Below, in pieces: positions 9,920 to 24,976 of a stretch of 32,000 bases of DNA (position 1 is its first letter; each line of letters starts with the position of its first letter). Location: positions 2,760,001-2,792,000 of the forward strand of contig NZ_LN831039.1 of the NCBI RefSeq assembly GCF_001457595.1, written 5' to 3'. Under the pieces are notes generated by a model. It was not told where the DNA came from. It worked only from the letters and a program-made list of their open reading frames with translations, and ran no database searches. The position numbers were made by a program, and so were the translations under genes. The stretch is from Mycolicibacterium smegmatis. GTDB lineage: Bacteria; Actinomycetota; Actinomycetes; Mycobacteriales; Mycobacteriaceae.

Positions 9920-10624
9920 ATGGCCGGGCTGACGCGACAAGAGGTTTCTGACACCGTGAGTCCGCTCGGCTGGTGTCTGGTGCTCGGCGCCCTCCACGTC
10001 GAGGTGCTCGTGCCGACGATGGCCGATGCGGTCCGCGCGGCCGAGCATGCCGTCAACGCTGCGGGCCCAGCCGCGTCCGGACACCTTTCGATCGACGTGC
10101 GGGCCGACCGCGCGGTGCTGCGACTGCGCTCGCGCGACGCGGGCACCGTCACGCGTCGCGATCTGCAACTGGCCTCGGACATCTCGCACGCCCTCTCCGG
10201 GCGCGGCTACGAGATGACCGTCAACAGCGGCGTGGTGCAGGCGTTCGAGATCGCGATCGACGCGCTCGACATCGCCGCGGTGCGCCCGTTCTGGCAGGCG
10301 ATCACCGACTACGTCGACCACACGGTCTCCGACGGGGGTGACGACCCCGACTGCCTGGATGCGTCCGAACTGCATCTCGGGCTCGTCGACCCGTTCGGGC
10401 GCGGCCCGGCGATCTGGTTCCAGCAGATGGACGCCCCGCGGCCGCAGCGCAACCGCATCCACCTCGACATCGACCTGCCGCACGACGCGGCGCAGGCACG
10501 CATCGACGCGGCCCTGGCCGCGGGCGGCACACTGCTCTACGACGGGCGTGCCCCGGCCTTCTGGGTACTGGCCGATCCCAAGGGAAACGAGGCCTGCATC
10601 TGCACCTGGCAAGGCCGGGACTGA
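9920..10624 (+). CDS. 4a-hydroxytetrahydrobiopterin dehydratase-like domain fused to glyoxalase/VOC-like domain
   Basis: ORF track frame 9728..10624; ATG at 9920 gives [45 protein letters not shown]...[14 protein letters not shown] followed by VOC-like C-terminus [54 protein letters not shown]. Confidence 0.75.
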   Translation: MAGLTRQEVSDTVSPLGWCLVLGALHVEVLVPTMADAVRAAEHAVNAAGPAASGHLSIDVRADRAVLRLRSRDAGTVTRRDLQLASDISHALSGRGYEMTVNSGVVQAFEIAIDALDIAAVRPFWQAITDYVDHTVSDGGDDPDCLDASELHLGLVDPFGRGPAIWFQQMDAPRPQRNRIHLDIDLPHDAAQARIDAALAAGGTLLYDGRAPAFWVLADPKGNEACICTWQGRD

Positions 10625-10658
10625 TCCGCGACCGGACCGATCGCTAAGGTTGTCGGCT

Positions 10659-12416
10659 GTGATCACCCGTATGTCCGAGCTGTTCCTGCGAACCCTGCGC
10701 GACGACCCCGCCGACGCCGAAGTACCCAGCCACAAGTTGCTGATCCGGGCCGGCTATGTCCGTGCCGTGGGCCCTGGGATCTACAGCTGGCTCCCTCTGG
10801 GCCTGCGGGTGCTGCGCAAGATCGAGAACGTCGTGCGCTCCGAGATGAACGCGATCGGCGCGCAGGAGATCCTGCTGCCCGCGCTGCTGCCGCGCGGGCC
10901 GTACGAGACCACCAACCGCTGGACCGAGTACGGCGACACCCTGTTCCGCCTGCAGGACCGGCGTAACAACGACTACCTGCTGGGCCCGACGCACGAGGAG
11001 CTGTTCACGCTCACCGTCAAGGGCGAGTACTCGTCGTACAAGGACTTCCCGGTCATCCTGTACCAGATCCAGACCAAATACCGCGACGAGGCGCGTCCCC
11101 GCGCCGGCATCCTGCGCGGCCGCGAGTTCGTCATGAAGGACTCGTACTCCTTCGACGTCGACGACGACGGTCTCAAGAATGCCTATTACCAGCACCGCGA
11201 GGCCTATCAGCGCATCTTCGCGCGGTTGGGCGTGCGCTACGTGATCGTCTCCGCGGTGTCCGGCGCCATGGGCGGCAGCGCGTCCGAGGAGTTCCTCGCC
11301 GAGAGCGAGGTCGGCGAGGACACGTTCGTGCGCTGCGTGGAGTCCGGTTACGCGGCCAATGTCGAGGCCGTGATCACCAGGGCACCCGAGGCACAGCCGA
11401 CCGAGGGGCTGCCGGAGGCCAAGGTGTACGACACCCCGGACACCCCGACCATCGCGACGCTGGTCGAGTGGGCCAACTCGGCGTCGCTGCCGCAGTTCGA
11501 GGGACGCACCGTCACCGCGGCCGACACCCTCAAGAACGTTCTGCTCAAGACCCGCGAGCCCGGTGGTGAGTGGGAACTGCTCGCGGTGGGGGTGCCCGGT
11601 GACCGTGAGGTCGACGAGAAGCGCCTGGGCGCGGCGCTCGAGCCGGCCGAGTTCGCGCTGCTCGACGACGCCGACTTCGCCGCCAACCCGTTCCTGGTCA
11701 AGGGCTATGTGGGTCCGAAGGCCCTGCAGGACAACGGGGTTCGCTACCTGGTCGACCCGCGGGTGGTGCACGGTTCCTCATGGATCACCGGCGCCGACGC
11801 GCCCAACCGGCACGTCGTCGGACTGGTCGCGGGCCGTGACTTCACCCCGGACGGCACCATCGAGGCCGCCGAGGTGCGCGACGGCGATCCGTCACCGGAC
11901 GGCGCCGGTGTGCTGACCTCGGCCCGCGGCATCGAGATCGGTCACATCTTCCAGCTGGGCCGCAAGTACACCGACGCGTTCTCCGCCGACGTGCTCGGCG
12001 AGGACGGCAAGCCCCTGCGCCTGACCATGGGCTCCTACGGCATCGGCGTGTCCCGCCTGGTCGCGGTGATCGCCGAGCAACAGCACGACCAACTCGGGCT
12101 GCGGTGGCCGAGCTCGGTGGCGCCGTTCGACGTGCATGTCGTCGTCGCCAACAAGGACGCCGGTGCCCGTGCAGGCGCGGCCGAACTGGTCGCCGACCTC
12201 GACCGCCTCGGTCACGAGGTGCTGTTCGACGACCGGCAGGCCTCGCCCGGCGTGAAGTTCAAGGACGCCGAACTGCTCGGCATGCCGTGGATCGTCGTGG
12301 TCGGCCGCGGCTGGGCCGACGGCGTGGTCGAGCTGCGCAACCGGTTCACCGGCGAGACCCGCGAGATCGCGGCCGACGGCGCGGCCGCCGAGATCTCGTC
12401 CGTTCTCGCGGGCTGA
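10659..12416 (+). CDS. proS: prolyl-tRNA synthetase
   Basis: Probable GTG start at 10659 ([76 protein letters not shown]); class II motifs; the track ORF start at 10338 is an overextension. Confidence 0.96.
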   Translation: MITRMSELFLRTLRDDPADAEVPSHKLLIRAGYVRAVGPGIYSWLPLGLRVLRKIENVVRSEMNAIGAQEILLPALLPRGPYETTNRWTEYGDTLFRLQDRRNNDYLLGPTHEELFTLTVKGEYSSYKDFPVILYQIQTKYRDEARPRAGILRGREFVMKDSYSFDVDDDGLKNAYYQHREAYQRIFARLGVRYVIVSAVSGAMGGSASEEFLAESEVGEDTFVRCVESGYAANVEAVITRAPEAQPTEGLPEAKVYDTPDTPTIATLVEWANSASLPQFEGRTVTAADTLKNVLLKTREPGGEWELLAVGVPGDREVDEKRLGAALEPAEFALLDDADFAANPFLVKGYVGPKALQDNGVRYLVDPRVVHGSSWITGADAPNRHVVGLVAGRDFTPDGTIEAAEVRDGDPSPDGAGVLTSARGIEIGHIFQLGRKYTDAFSADVLGEDGKPLRLTMGSYGIGVSRLVAVIAEQQHDQLGLRWPSSVAPFDVHVVVANKDAGARAGAAELVADLDRLGHEVLFDDRQASPGVKFKDAELLGMPWIVVVGRGWADGVVELRNRFTGETREIAADGAAAEISSVLAG

Positions 12417-12436
12417 GTTCTTCCGCGAGCGGACCC

Positions 12437-12910
12437 TTATTCGGCGCCGCCGGGGAAGGGCACGGTCACGGGCCAGACGTCGAGGAACTTGCTCCACTTC
12501 GCCGCCGTGACCGCCGACTCGGTGAGGGCCGTCACGGCGAAGGCGCGGTCCTCGGACGTCGTGGCCTGCTCCAGCACCGCGCGCCAGGCCACGGCGGCGT
12601 CCTGCTCCATGCGCACCGCGAGGTTGGCGGCGTCGACGGGGTCGGACACCTCCGACGGCAGGCGGTACCCCGCGGCAGGCAGGGGAGGGGTCACCGAGCG
12701 GCCTTCGAGCATCTCGATGGCGGCTTCCCGCCGTGCCCGGTGCTCGGCCATCGCCGCCGCGACCAGCGAGTTCTCCTCGGGGCTCGAATGTGCCGAGACC
12801 AGGCCGTAGCCGTAGATGATGCCGTGCTCGGTGGCCACGGCGTCGAACAGCGCGGCATCGGCGGCGTCTGTGGGCCGGGCCGGCCCCGTCGTGGGCTCCG
12901 GCGACGTCAT
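12437..12910 (-). CDS. DUF4439 ferritin-like protein
   Basis: MTSPEPTTGPARPTDAADAALFDAVATEHGIIYGYGLVSAHSSPEENSLVAAAMAEHRARREAAIEML...; likely ATG at 12910 (track ORF starts at 12949); homologue is adjacent to rimP in mycobacteria. Confidence 0.75.
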   Translation of the reverse strand: MTSPEPTTGPARPTDAADAALFDAVATEHGIIYGYGLVSAHSSPEENSLVAAAMAEHRARREAAIEMLEGRSVTPPLPAAGYRLPSEVSDPVDAANLAVRMEQDAAVAWRAVLEQATTSEDRAFAVTALTESAVTAAKWSKFLDVWPVTVPFPGGAE

Positions 12911-13455
12911 TTCCCACCGTCCAGGGCGACCTTGTAGGCGGCCGTGCACGACGCCGCGATGGAGCCGGCCAGACCGGCGCGGTACCCCGACAGCCGGGGC
13001 GCGATGCCGGTCGCCTGCTCGGCGGACTGTTCGAGCGCGACCACGACATCATCGGCGGTCGGTGCCGACGGGGTGGCCGACGGGGTTGCTGACGCGCCAG
13101 GGGCGGGCGAGGTGGGCGCGGACGACGCCGAGGACGATTCGGCGGGCGACGCGGACGGAGGAGCCTCGCCGGTCATCCTGGTCAACTCGTCGGACAACGC
13201 CTGCGCATGGGCCGACCGTTCGTTTGCCACCGCGGTCAGCGCGCGGGCCGTCGCATCCTGCGGCCCAAGTGCGCCCGCGGCCTCGGTGGCGAGCGCGCTG
13301 TCGGCGCGGGCACGGTCGAGCAGGGCGGTCAGATCGGCGAGTTCCGGTGGCGGGGGCGTGGAACCGCACGCGGTCGCGGTGACGCCCAGCAGGGTCAGAC
13401 CTGCCGCCGAGTACAGGAACCGCCGTCGGCTGATGTTCGTCAAGGCGCTCGGCAC
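12907..13455 (-). CDS. Tat-type lipoprotein-like exported protein with ferritin-like helical segment and Ala/Ser/Pro linker
   Basis: 182 aa, SRRRFLYSAAGLTLLGVTATAC (twin-Arg plus weak lipobox); ALTAVANERSAHAQALSDELTRMTG; 4-nt overlap with the downstream DUF4439 gene. Confidence 0.75.
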   Translation of the reverse strand: MPSALTNISRRRFLYSAAGLTLLGVTATACGSTPPPPELADLTALLDRARADSALATEAAGALGPQDATARALTAVANERSAHAQALSDELTRMTGEAPPSASPAESSSASSAPTSPAPGASATPSATPSAPTADDVVVALEQSAEQATGIAPRLSGYRAGLAGSIAASCTAAYKVALDGGK

Positions 13456-13581
13456 GTGAACATCCTGCCATTGCCGGATATTCGCGGCGCGTGGCCGTCG
13501 AGCGGTGCGGCGAAGCCGCAGCCGGGAACATTCGCTGCGCCGAATCCGAGATCGCGGCTCGCCCCTGCCCGGCTGGCGTAT

Positions 13582-13601
13582 CGTGGATAGTCGATTCCAC
13601 G
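13582..13601. promoter_or_regulatory. short inverted repeat CGTGGA-N8-TCCACG in the rimP upstream region
   Basis: Direct reading of CGTGGATAGTCGATTCCACG about 50 bp upstream of the rimP start. Confidence 0.3.
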
Positions 13602-13651
13602 GGGAACCACCAGGGAATCATGTCCGGACAACTCAAGATGAGGAGCTCGTC

Positions 13652-14197
13652 GTGGCACCGGATCCGAAGTTGCCATCTGCGGATTTGCCGTCGCAGAAGC
13701 AAGTGATCGAGCTGCTTGACGGCGAGTTCGCGCGCGCCGGCTACGAGATCGACGATGTCGTCGTCAACGCGGCGACACGCCCGCCGCGCATCACCATCGT
13801 CGCCGACAGCGACAAGGGCCTCGATCTGGACGCCGTCGCGATGCTCTCGCGCCTGGCGTCGGGTCTGCTCGACACCGTCGACACGGGCGACACGCCGTAT
13901 GTGCTCGAGGTCACCTCGCCCGGTGTGGACCGCCCCCTGACTGACGAGAAACACTTCCGCCGCGCTCGTGGCCGCAAGGCCGAGCTGTCGCTTGCCGACG
14001 GTTCGTCGCTGACCGCGCGGCTCGCCGGGACCGACGGCGACCAGGTGAACGTCGTGGTGGCACAGGGCAAAGACTTCGCCGTCCGGCAGATACCGCTGCG
14101 TGAGATCACCAAGGCCGTTGTCCAAGTAGAGTTTTCGCCGCCGAATCGACGTGAGCTGGAGCTCGCCGAACAAACTGGGAAGGGGGCCCGGGCATGA
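13652..14197 (+). CDS. rimP: ribosome maturation factor RimP
   Basis: GTG start at 13652: [108 protein letters not shown]. Confidence 0.93.
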   Translation: MAPDPKLPSADLPSQKQVIELLDGEFARAGYEIDDVVVNAATRPPRITIVADSDKGLDLDAVAMLSRLASGLLDTVDTGDTPYVLEVTSPGVDRPLTDEKHFRRARGRKAELSLADGSSLTARLAGTDGDQVNVVVAQGKDFAVRQIPLREITKAVVQVEFSPPNRRELELAEQTGKGARA

Positions 14198-15225
14198 ACA
14201 TCGACATGGCGGCGCTGCACGCCATCGAAGCCGACAAGGGAATCTCGGTCGACGTGGTCGTGGAGACCATCAAGTCGGCGCTGCTCACCGCGTATCGGCA
14301 CACCGACGGCCACGAGCCCGACGCACGCATCGACATCGACCGCAAGACCGGCGTGGTCAAGGTGATCGCCCGCCAGACCGATGCCGACGGCAACGTCCTG
14401 GCCGAATGGGACGACACGCCAGAAGGTTTCGGCCGGATCGCGGCGACCACCGCGCGGCAGGTCATCCTGCAGCGCCTGCGTGACGCCGAGAACGAGAAGG
14501 TCTACGGCGAGTTCGCGGCCCACGAGGGCGACATCGTCGCAGGCGTGATCCAGCGCGACGCCCGCGCCAACGCCCGCGGCCTGGTCGTCGTGCGGATGGG
14601 CAGCGAGACCAAGGGATCCGAAGGCGTCATCCCGGCGGCCGAGCAGGTGCCGGGTGAGCGCTACGAACACGGCGACCGCGTGCGGTGTTACGTCGTCGGC
14701 GTCACCCGCGGTGCCCGGGAACCGCTCATCACGTTGTCGCGCACGCATCCCAATCTGGTGCGCAAGCTGTTCTCGCTGGAGGTGCCCGAGATCGCCGATG
14801 GTTCGGTCGAGATCGTGGCCGTGGCGCGCGAGGCGGGCCACCGGTCCAAGATCGCGGTCGCCTCGCGTGTGCCCGGGCTCAACGCAAAAGGCGCGTGCAT
14901 CGGCCCGATGGGACAGCGTGTGCGCAACGTCATGAGCGAGTTGTCCGGCGAGAAGATCGACATCATCGACTACGACGAGGACCCCGCGCGGTTCGTCGCC
15001 AACGCGCTTTCGCCCGCGAAGGTCGTATCGGTGTCGGTGATCGACGAGGCCGGCCGTGCGGCCCGCGTGATCGTGCCCGATTTCCAGCTCTCGCTGGCGA
15101 TCGGCAAGGAAGGCCAGAACGCCAGGTTGGCGGCCAGGCTGACCGGTTGGCGCATCGACATCCGCAGCGACGCCGCTCCTGTGGGCGACGCCGATGCCCG
15201 GCACGGGGCGGCGCACGACGGATAG
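14194..15225 (+). CDS. nusA: transcription termination/antitermination factor NusA
   Basis: 343 aa, S1 domain ([44 protein letters not shown]) and KH domains ([52 protein letters not shown]). Confidence 0.96.
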   Translation: MNIDMAALHAIEADKGISVDVVVETIKSALLTAYRHTDGHEPDARIDIDRKTGVVKVIARQTDADGNVLAEWDDTPEGFGRIAATTARQVILQRLRDAENEKVYGEFAAHEGDIVAGVIQRDARANARGLVVVRMGSETKGSEGVIPAAEQVPGERYEHGDRVRCYVVGVTRGAREPLITLSRTHPNLVRKLFSLEVPEIADGSVEIVAVAREAGHRSKIAVASRVPGLNAKGACIGPMGQRVRNVMSELSGEKIDIIDYDEDPARFVANALSPAKVVSVSVIDEAGRAARVIVPDFQLSLAIGKEGQNARLAARLTGWRIDIRSDAAPVGDADARHGAAHDG

Positions 15226-15273
15226 CGGTGGCAGTCGTTTCAAATTACAAGGGTTGGGACGGTAGACTCAGCC

Positions 15274-15624
15274 GTGATCCAGCGCGAGACTCCGGCTTCG
15301 ACGCGTCGACGCATCCCCGACACCCCTGTCGGACCGGTGCGGACATGTATCGGCTGCCGGAAGCGAGAGTTGGCCGCCGACTTGCTTCGTACGGTCGCGG
15401 TGCGGGACGGGAACGGGAACTACTCCGTTTCGGTCGACACCTCGGCAAGCATGCCCGGGCGGGGTGCCTGGTTGCACCCCGATCCGAAGTGTGCAGAGCT
15501 GGCAGTTCGGCGGCGGGCCTTCGCACGAGCGTTGCGAATCGCCGGTTCACCGGATACGTCTGGGGTGAACGAGTATTTCGAGAGCCTCGGAACGCCCGAA
15601 CACCGCGGCATAGAGAACAGGTAG
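15274..15624 (+). CDS. ylxR: YlxR family protein (DUF448)
   Basis: 116 aa, VRTCIGCRKRELAADLLRTVAV...MPGRGAWLHPDPKCAELAVRRRAFARALRI; located between nusA and infB. Confidence 0.9.
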   Translation: MIQRETPASTRRRIPDTPVGPVRTCIGCRKRELAADLLRTVAVRDGNGNYSVSVDTSASMPGRGAWLHPDPKCAELAVRRRAFARALRIAGSPDTSGVNEYFESLGTPEHRGIENR

Positions 15625-15726
15625 CGAAGAACATGAGCACACCGTGAAGTCCCGATGACCATGCGTCATAGCTAAAACCGAGGCGCGGCGCCGACCACCG
15701 CTGTCGCCTCAAGATGAGGAGAAGTA

Positions 15727-21386
<5,660 letters not shown>

Positions 21387-21391
21387 CGAGG

Positions 21392-22012
21392 TCAGCGCTT
21401 GATCGCACTGACGAGCCACACGGCCTTGCGCCCGCGTGGCCTCTCGCTGACCTCCACGTCGCCGAATCCCGCGTCGCGGCACAGGGTTGCGAACGCGTCT
21501 GCCTGCTCGCGTGTCCAGCCGTGGCTTGCGAAGCCCGTGGCCCCACGCGCCACCTGGCGTTCGATCGCGAGCAACCGGCCGCCGGGTGCCAGTACCCGGT
21601 TGGCCTGCTGCAGCGCGCGCACGACGTCCTGCCAGTGGTGCACGGTCGCCAGCGCCCACACCACGGTGGCCGTCCCGTCGTCGACGGGGACGTCCTCGGC
21701 CGTGCCGGGGCGCCACGTGATGTTCGTGCCGGCCGCGGTCCGGGTCACGAGCCGGCCGACGTGCAGCATCTCTGCCGACGGGTCGACCGCGGTGACCCGC
21801 GCGCCACGGCGGGCGGCCATGCGCGCTGCGGTGCCCGGGCCGCATCCCACGTCGACGACGTGGTCGGCGGGGCCCACGTGCGTGGCCTCGATCGCCACTT
21901 TCGCGTTGGCGCGGCCGAGCGCGACGAACAACACGCCGAAGATCGCGCCGGTGACACCGGAGAAACCGGGGTGATCGGCGTGGTGGTTGACCACGATGGG
22001 CGAATCGTTCAT
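21392..22012 (-). CDS. class I SAM-dependent methyltransferase
   Basis: 206 aa, AIEATHVGPADHVVDVGCGPGTAARMAARRGARVTAVDPSAEML; methyltransferase motif I DVGCGPG. Confidence 0.88.
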   Translation of the reverse strand: MNDSPIVVNHHADHPGFSGVTGAIFGVLFVALGRANAKVAIEATHVGPADHVVDVGCGPGTAARMAARRGARVTAVDPSAEMLHVGRLVTRTAAGTNITWRPGTAEDVPVDDGTATVVWALATVHHWQDVVRALQQANRVLAPGGRLLAIERQVARGATGFASHGWTREQADAFATLCRDAGFGDVEVSERPRGRKAVWLVSAIKR

Positions 22013-22055
22013 GTCCCCACCATGCCGCCTCGGGGCCCGGTGGCGTCAAGGACGG

Positions 22056-22877
22056 TCAGTCGGCGGCGCCCGAACTGCCCAGCAGGTCGCGCACCCGGTT
22101 GGCGACGCGGATGAACTCCGGGTGCTCCATGGTCTCGGCGTAGGTGCGTTCGGCGGGTAGGTCGACGTCGAGCATCTCGACGATGCGGCCGGGGCGCGGG
22201 CTCATCACCACGACCCGGTTGGCCAGGTACACCGCTTCGGCGACCGAGTGCGTCACCAGCACCACGGTGGTGCCGGTCTCGCGCCAGATCCGGTGCAGTT
22301 CGATGTTCATCTTCTCGCGCGTGAGGGCGTCGAGCGCGCCGAACGGCTCGTCCATCAACAGCACATCGGGCTCGTGCAGCAGGGCGCGGCACAACGAAAC
22401 CCGTTGCTGCATACCGCCGGACAACTCGTGAGGCAGCGCGTTCTCGAACCCGGTGAGGCCGGTCATCTCGATGAGGTGGTCGGCGCGCCGCGCGGCGACC
22501 TGGCGCGGCATCCCGCGCATCTCGGCCTGCAGCAGGATGTTCTTGCGCACCGAGCGCCATTCCAGTAGCGCGGCGCGCTGGAAGACGTAGCCGATCTCGC
22601 GCTGCGGGCCGCGTACCCGGTTGCCGCGCAGGCGCACCTGGCCTCCGGTGGCGTCGGTCAGGCCGGCGATCACCTTCAGCAGCGTCGACTTGCCGCACCC
22701 CGACGGTCCCGCGATCGACACGAACTCGCCGTCGGCGATGCGCAGGTTGATGTCGTCGAGCGCGGTGGTGGCGGCGCGTTTCGAGGTGAACGTGACGGTG
22801 ACGCCCTCGACCGAGATCGCGTCGGTGGCCTCGGCCGTCACGGGCGCCCCCGGTGCACTGATGGTTGTGGTGTTCAT
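22056..22877 (-). CDS. ABC transporter ATP-binding protein (nitrate/sulfonate/taurine-like family)
   Basis: 273 aa, Walker A GPSGCGKSTLLKVIAGL, signature LSGGMQQRVSLCRALLHEPDVLLMDEPFGALDALTR. Confidence 0.93.
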   Translation of the reverse strand: MNTTTISAPGAPVTAEATDAISVEGVTVTFTSKRAATTALDDINLRIADGEFVSIAGPSGCGKSTLLKVIAGLTDATGGQVRLRGNRVRGPQREIGYVFQRAALLEWRSVRKNILLQAEMRGMPRQVAARRADHLIEMTGLTGFENALPHELSGGMQQRVSLCRALLHEPDVLLMDEPFGALDALTREKMNIELHRIWRETGTTVVLVTHSVAEAVYLANRVVVMSPRPGRIVEMLDVDLPAERTYAETMEHPEFIRVANRVRDLLGSSGAAD

Positions 22878-22897
22878 GTCGGATGGCTCCCGCGGAT

Positions 22898-23941
22898 CTA
22901 CTGCGACGGCTTCGGGCTGAACGACGAATCCCAGTATTCAGCAGCGGGTTTCGCGGTTTCGAGCAGTCCGGCGTCGGTCAGCGTGGTGATCGTGTTGGTC
23001 CAGTCGGCCTCGGCGTTGGTGCCCGGCGGCTGGTTGGCGGTCGCGGGTGTGCTCAGCAGCGGGATGGTCTGCTGCCACTGGTGCAGCAACACCTCCTGCG
23101 GCGGCATCTGCGGATCCTTGCCCGCCATGGCCTGCACGGCCGCTTCGGGATCGGCCGCGGCGGCGGCGAACGCCTCACTGGTGGCGTCGACCATGGCCTG
23201 CACCAGTTCCGGTTTGCCGGAGATGGTTTCGGTGTTGGCGATCAGGCCGTTGCTGTAGAAGTTCAGCCCCGCGTCGGAGTACCTGAGGTACTTCACCTCA
23301 CGCCCGCTCTTGTTGGCGATGGTCGGCCCCTGGTCGTGCGCGAATCCGATCAGGCCGTCGACGCGACCCGACATCATCGCCGACATCTTGCCCGCGGCGT
23401 CCAGGCTCTGCTGGGTGACCTGGTCCTCGGGCACCCCCACCTTGTCGAGGTAGATCGGGAACGTGGTGGTGGGGGCGTCACCCGCGGACACCGCGATGGT
23501 GCGTCCCACCAGATCCTGGGGTGTGTCGATCCCCGAATCGGCGAACACCTGCACGGCCGACGGCGTGGTCTGGAGGAACACGCCGGTGCTCTTGACCTTC
23601 ACGCCCTTGTCGATGTTGGTCAGCACCGCAGGGGTGTCGGCCCAGCCGAAGTCCACCTGATCGGACCCGACGGCCTGCACGGTCTTGGTGGAACCCTGGC
23701 CGGCGTCGATGGTCAGGTCGATGCCGTGCTTGGCGAAGATGCCCTCCTGCACACCGTAGTAGAAGGGGGCGTGTTCGCCGTACGGGTACCAGTTCAGCAT
23801 CAGGGTGGCCGCCTGGGTGCCGGAACCGGCTTCTGTAGAACCGCTTTCGGCGTTGTCGGTGCCGCTGCCACCGCAGCCGGACAGCGCGAGGATCGCGGCG
23901 GAGGCCAGCGCGACGGCCGCGCGGCGGGGGATCGAGATCAT
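22898..23941 (-). CDS. ABC transporter substrate-binding lipoprotein, NMT1/THI5-like
   Basis: ATG at 23941: MISIPRRAAVALASAAILALSGCGGSG (lipobox LSGC) then TLMLNWYPYGEHAPFYYGVQEGIFAKHGIDLTIDAGQGSTKTVQAVGSDQVDFGWADTPA. Confidence 0.9.
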   Translation of the reverse strand: MISIPRRAAVALASAAILALSGCGGSGTDNAESGSTEAGSGTQAATLMLNWYPYGEHAPFYYGVQEGIFAKHGIDLTIDAGQGSTKTVQAVGSDQVDFGWADTPAVLTNIDKGVKVKSTGVFLQTTPSAVQVFADSGIDTPQDLVGRTIAVSAGDAPTTTFPIYLDKVGVPEDQVTQQSLDAAGKMSAMMSGRVDGLIGFAHDQGPTIANKSGREVKYLRYSDAGLNFYSNGLIANTETISGKPELVQAMVDATSEAFAAAAADPEAAVQAMAGKDPQMPPQEVLLHQWQQTIPLLSTPATANQPPGTNAEADWTNTITTLTDAGLLETAKPAAEYWDSSFSPKPSQ

Positions 23942-23961
23942 GGATCTACTCCTCGTGATGG

Positions 23962-24855
23962 TCAGGCGGAGGTTGCGGAACCGACGGTGCGGCGCGACGA
24001 GTGCCACGGGATGAGCAGCTTCTCGGCGAATTCGATGACCGCGAACAGCGCGATGCCGAGAAGCGACATGATGATGAGCGCGGCGAACAGCATCGCGGTG
24101 TCGACATTGCCGTTGGCCTGCAGGATGACGTAGCCCAAACCTTCGTTGGCGCCGACGAATTCACCGACTACGGCGCCGGTCACCGCGAGCGTCGCGGCCA
24201 CCTTGAGGCCCGACATCAGCTGCGGCAGCGACGCCGGGAACCGGATCTTGAGGAACGTCTTGAACCGGCTGGCGCCCATGGTCGAGGTGAGCTCGAGGAT
24301 CTCGGGATCCACCGAGCGCAGGCCCGCGAGTCCGGAGATCACGATGGGGAAGAACGCCATGAGCACGGCCACCAGGATCTTGGGCGACGGGCCGAAGCCG
24401 AGCCACACGATGAACAGCGGCGCGATCGCGATCTTGGGGACCACCTGTGCGAACAGGATCAGCGGATAGACGGTCTTCTCGACGCCCGCCGAATAGATCA
24501 TCACGACGGCGACGAGTTCACCGACGATCGCGGCGATCACGAAGCCGATCACGGTCTCCCACGTGGTCACCCAGGTGTTGTGGGCGAGGTAGGCCGCGTT
24601 GTCGTGTGCGGCGAGCCAGGTGTCGGCAGGGGACGGCAGGATGTAGGGCGCCACGAGTTCGGTCTCGGTGACCGCCCACCACGCCGCGAGCAGCACGACC
24701 ACGAGCGCCAGCGGGCGCCACAGTGCCGATGCGGTGCGGTGCAGCGGATGGGTTCCGAAAAGGGCGCGGGTTCGGCGTCGGGGTGCCGAACCGGGTGCCG
24801 CGGACGACGCCTGGGCCCCGGTGGGGCGCGCACCTGCCGAAGCGGTTACCGCCAT
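23962..24855 (-). CDS. ABC transporter permease (SsuC/TauC/ThiX-like)
   Basis: 297 aa, GEFVGANEGLGYVILQANGNVDTAMLFAALIIMSLLGIALFAVIEFAEKLLIPWH; hydrophobic segments and the FPASLPQLMSGLKVAATLAVTGAVVGEFVGA permease signature. Confidence 0.92.
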   Translation of the reverse strand: MAVTASAGARPTGAQASSAAPGSAPRRRTRALFGTHPLHRTASALWRPLALVVVLLAAWWAVTETELVAPYILPSPADTWLAAHDNAAYLAHNTWVTTWETVIGFVIAAIVGELVAVVMIYSAGVEKTVYPLILFAQVVPKIAIAPLFIVWLGFGPSPKILVAVLMAFFPIVISGLAGLRSVDPEILELTSTMGASRFKTFLKIRFPASLPQLMSGLKVAATLAVTGAVVGEFVGANEGLGYVILQANGNVDTAMLFAALIIMSLLGIALFAVIEFAEKLLIPWHSSRRTVGSATSA

Positions 24856-24901
24856 GGATGAGTCCTAAAGGTTGCAGTGTCGCGGGACGTGAACCCGTTT
24901 G

Positions 24902-24915
24902 GGAATGCGCTTTCC
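24902..24915. promoter_or_regulatory. predicted LacI-family operator O1 (GGAATGCGCTTTCC)
   Basis: Near-perfect palindrome with central GC|GC, exact reverse complement of the site at 26104-26117; lies just downstream of the predicted importer promoter. Confidence 0.75.
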
Positions 24916-24927
24916 GAAGCGGTTTCG

Positions 24928-24957
24928 ACCCTAACGTGACTCAGCGCACACTGTCAA
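24928..24957 (-). promoter_or_regulatory. predicted SigA-type promoter for the ABC importer operon
   Basis: On the minus strand TTGACA (24957-24952), 18-nt spacer, TAGGGT (24933-24928), fitting the mycobacterial TAnnnT -10. Confidence 0.65.
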
Positions 24958-24976
24958 CGATGCCGTGATGTGCGCG

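Noticed and set aside
11892-14173. Long minus-strand ORFs (11892..13052, 13049..14173) and 13741..15243 - (500 aa)
   Set aside because: Antisense or out-of-frame to proS, rimP and nusA with Arg/Gly/Ala-rich composition typical of shadow ORFs in high-GC genomes.
23962-24861. Plus-strand 286-aa ORF opposite the permease, and 22865..24133 + opposite the binding protein
   Set aside because: His/Asp/Gly/Arg-rich shadow ORFs opposite clear ABC transporter components.
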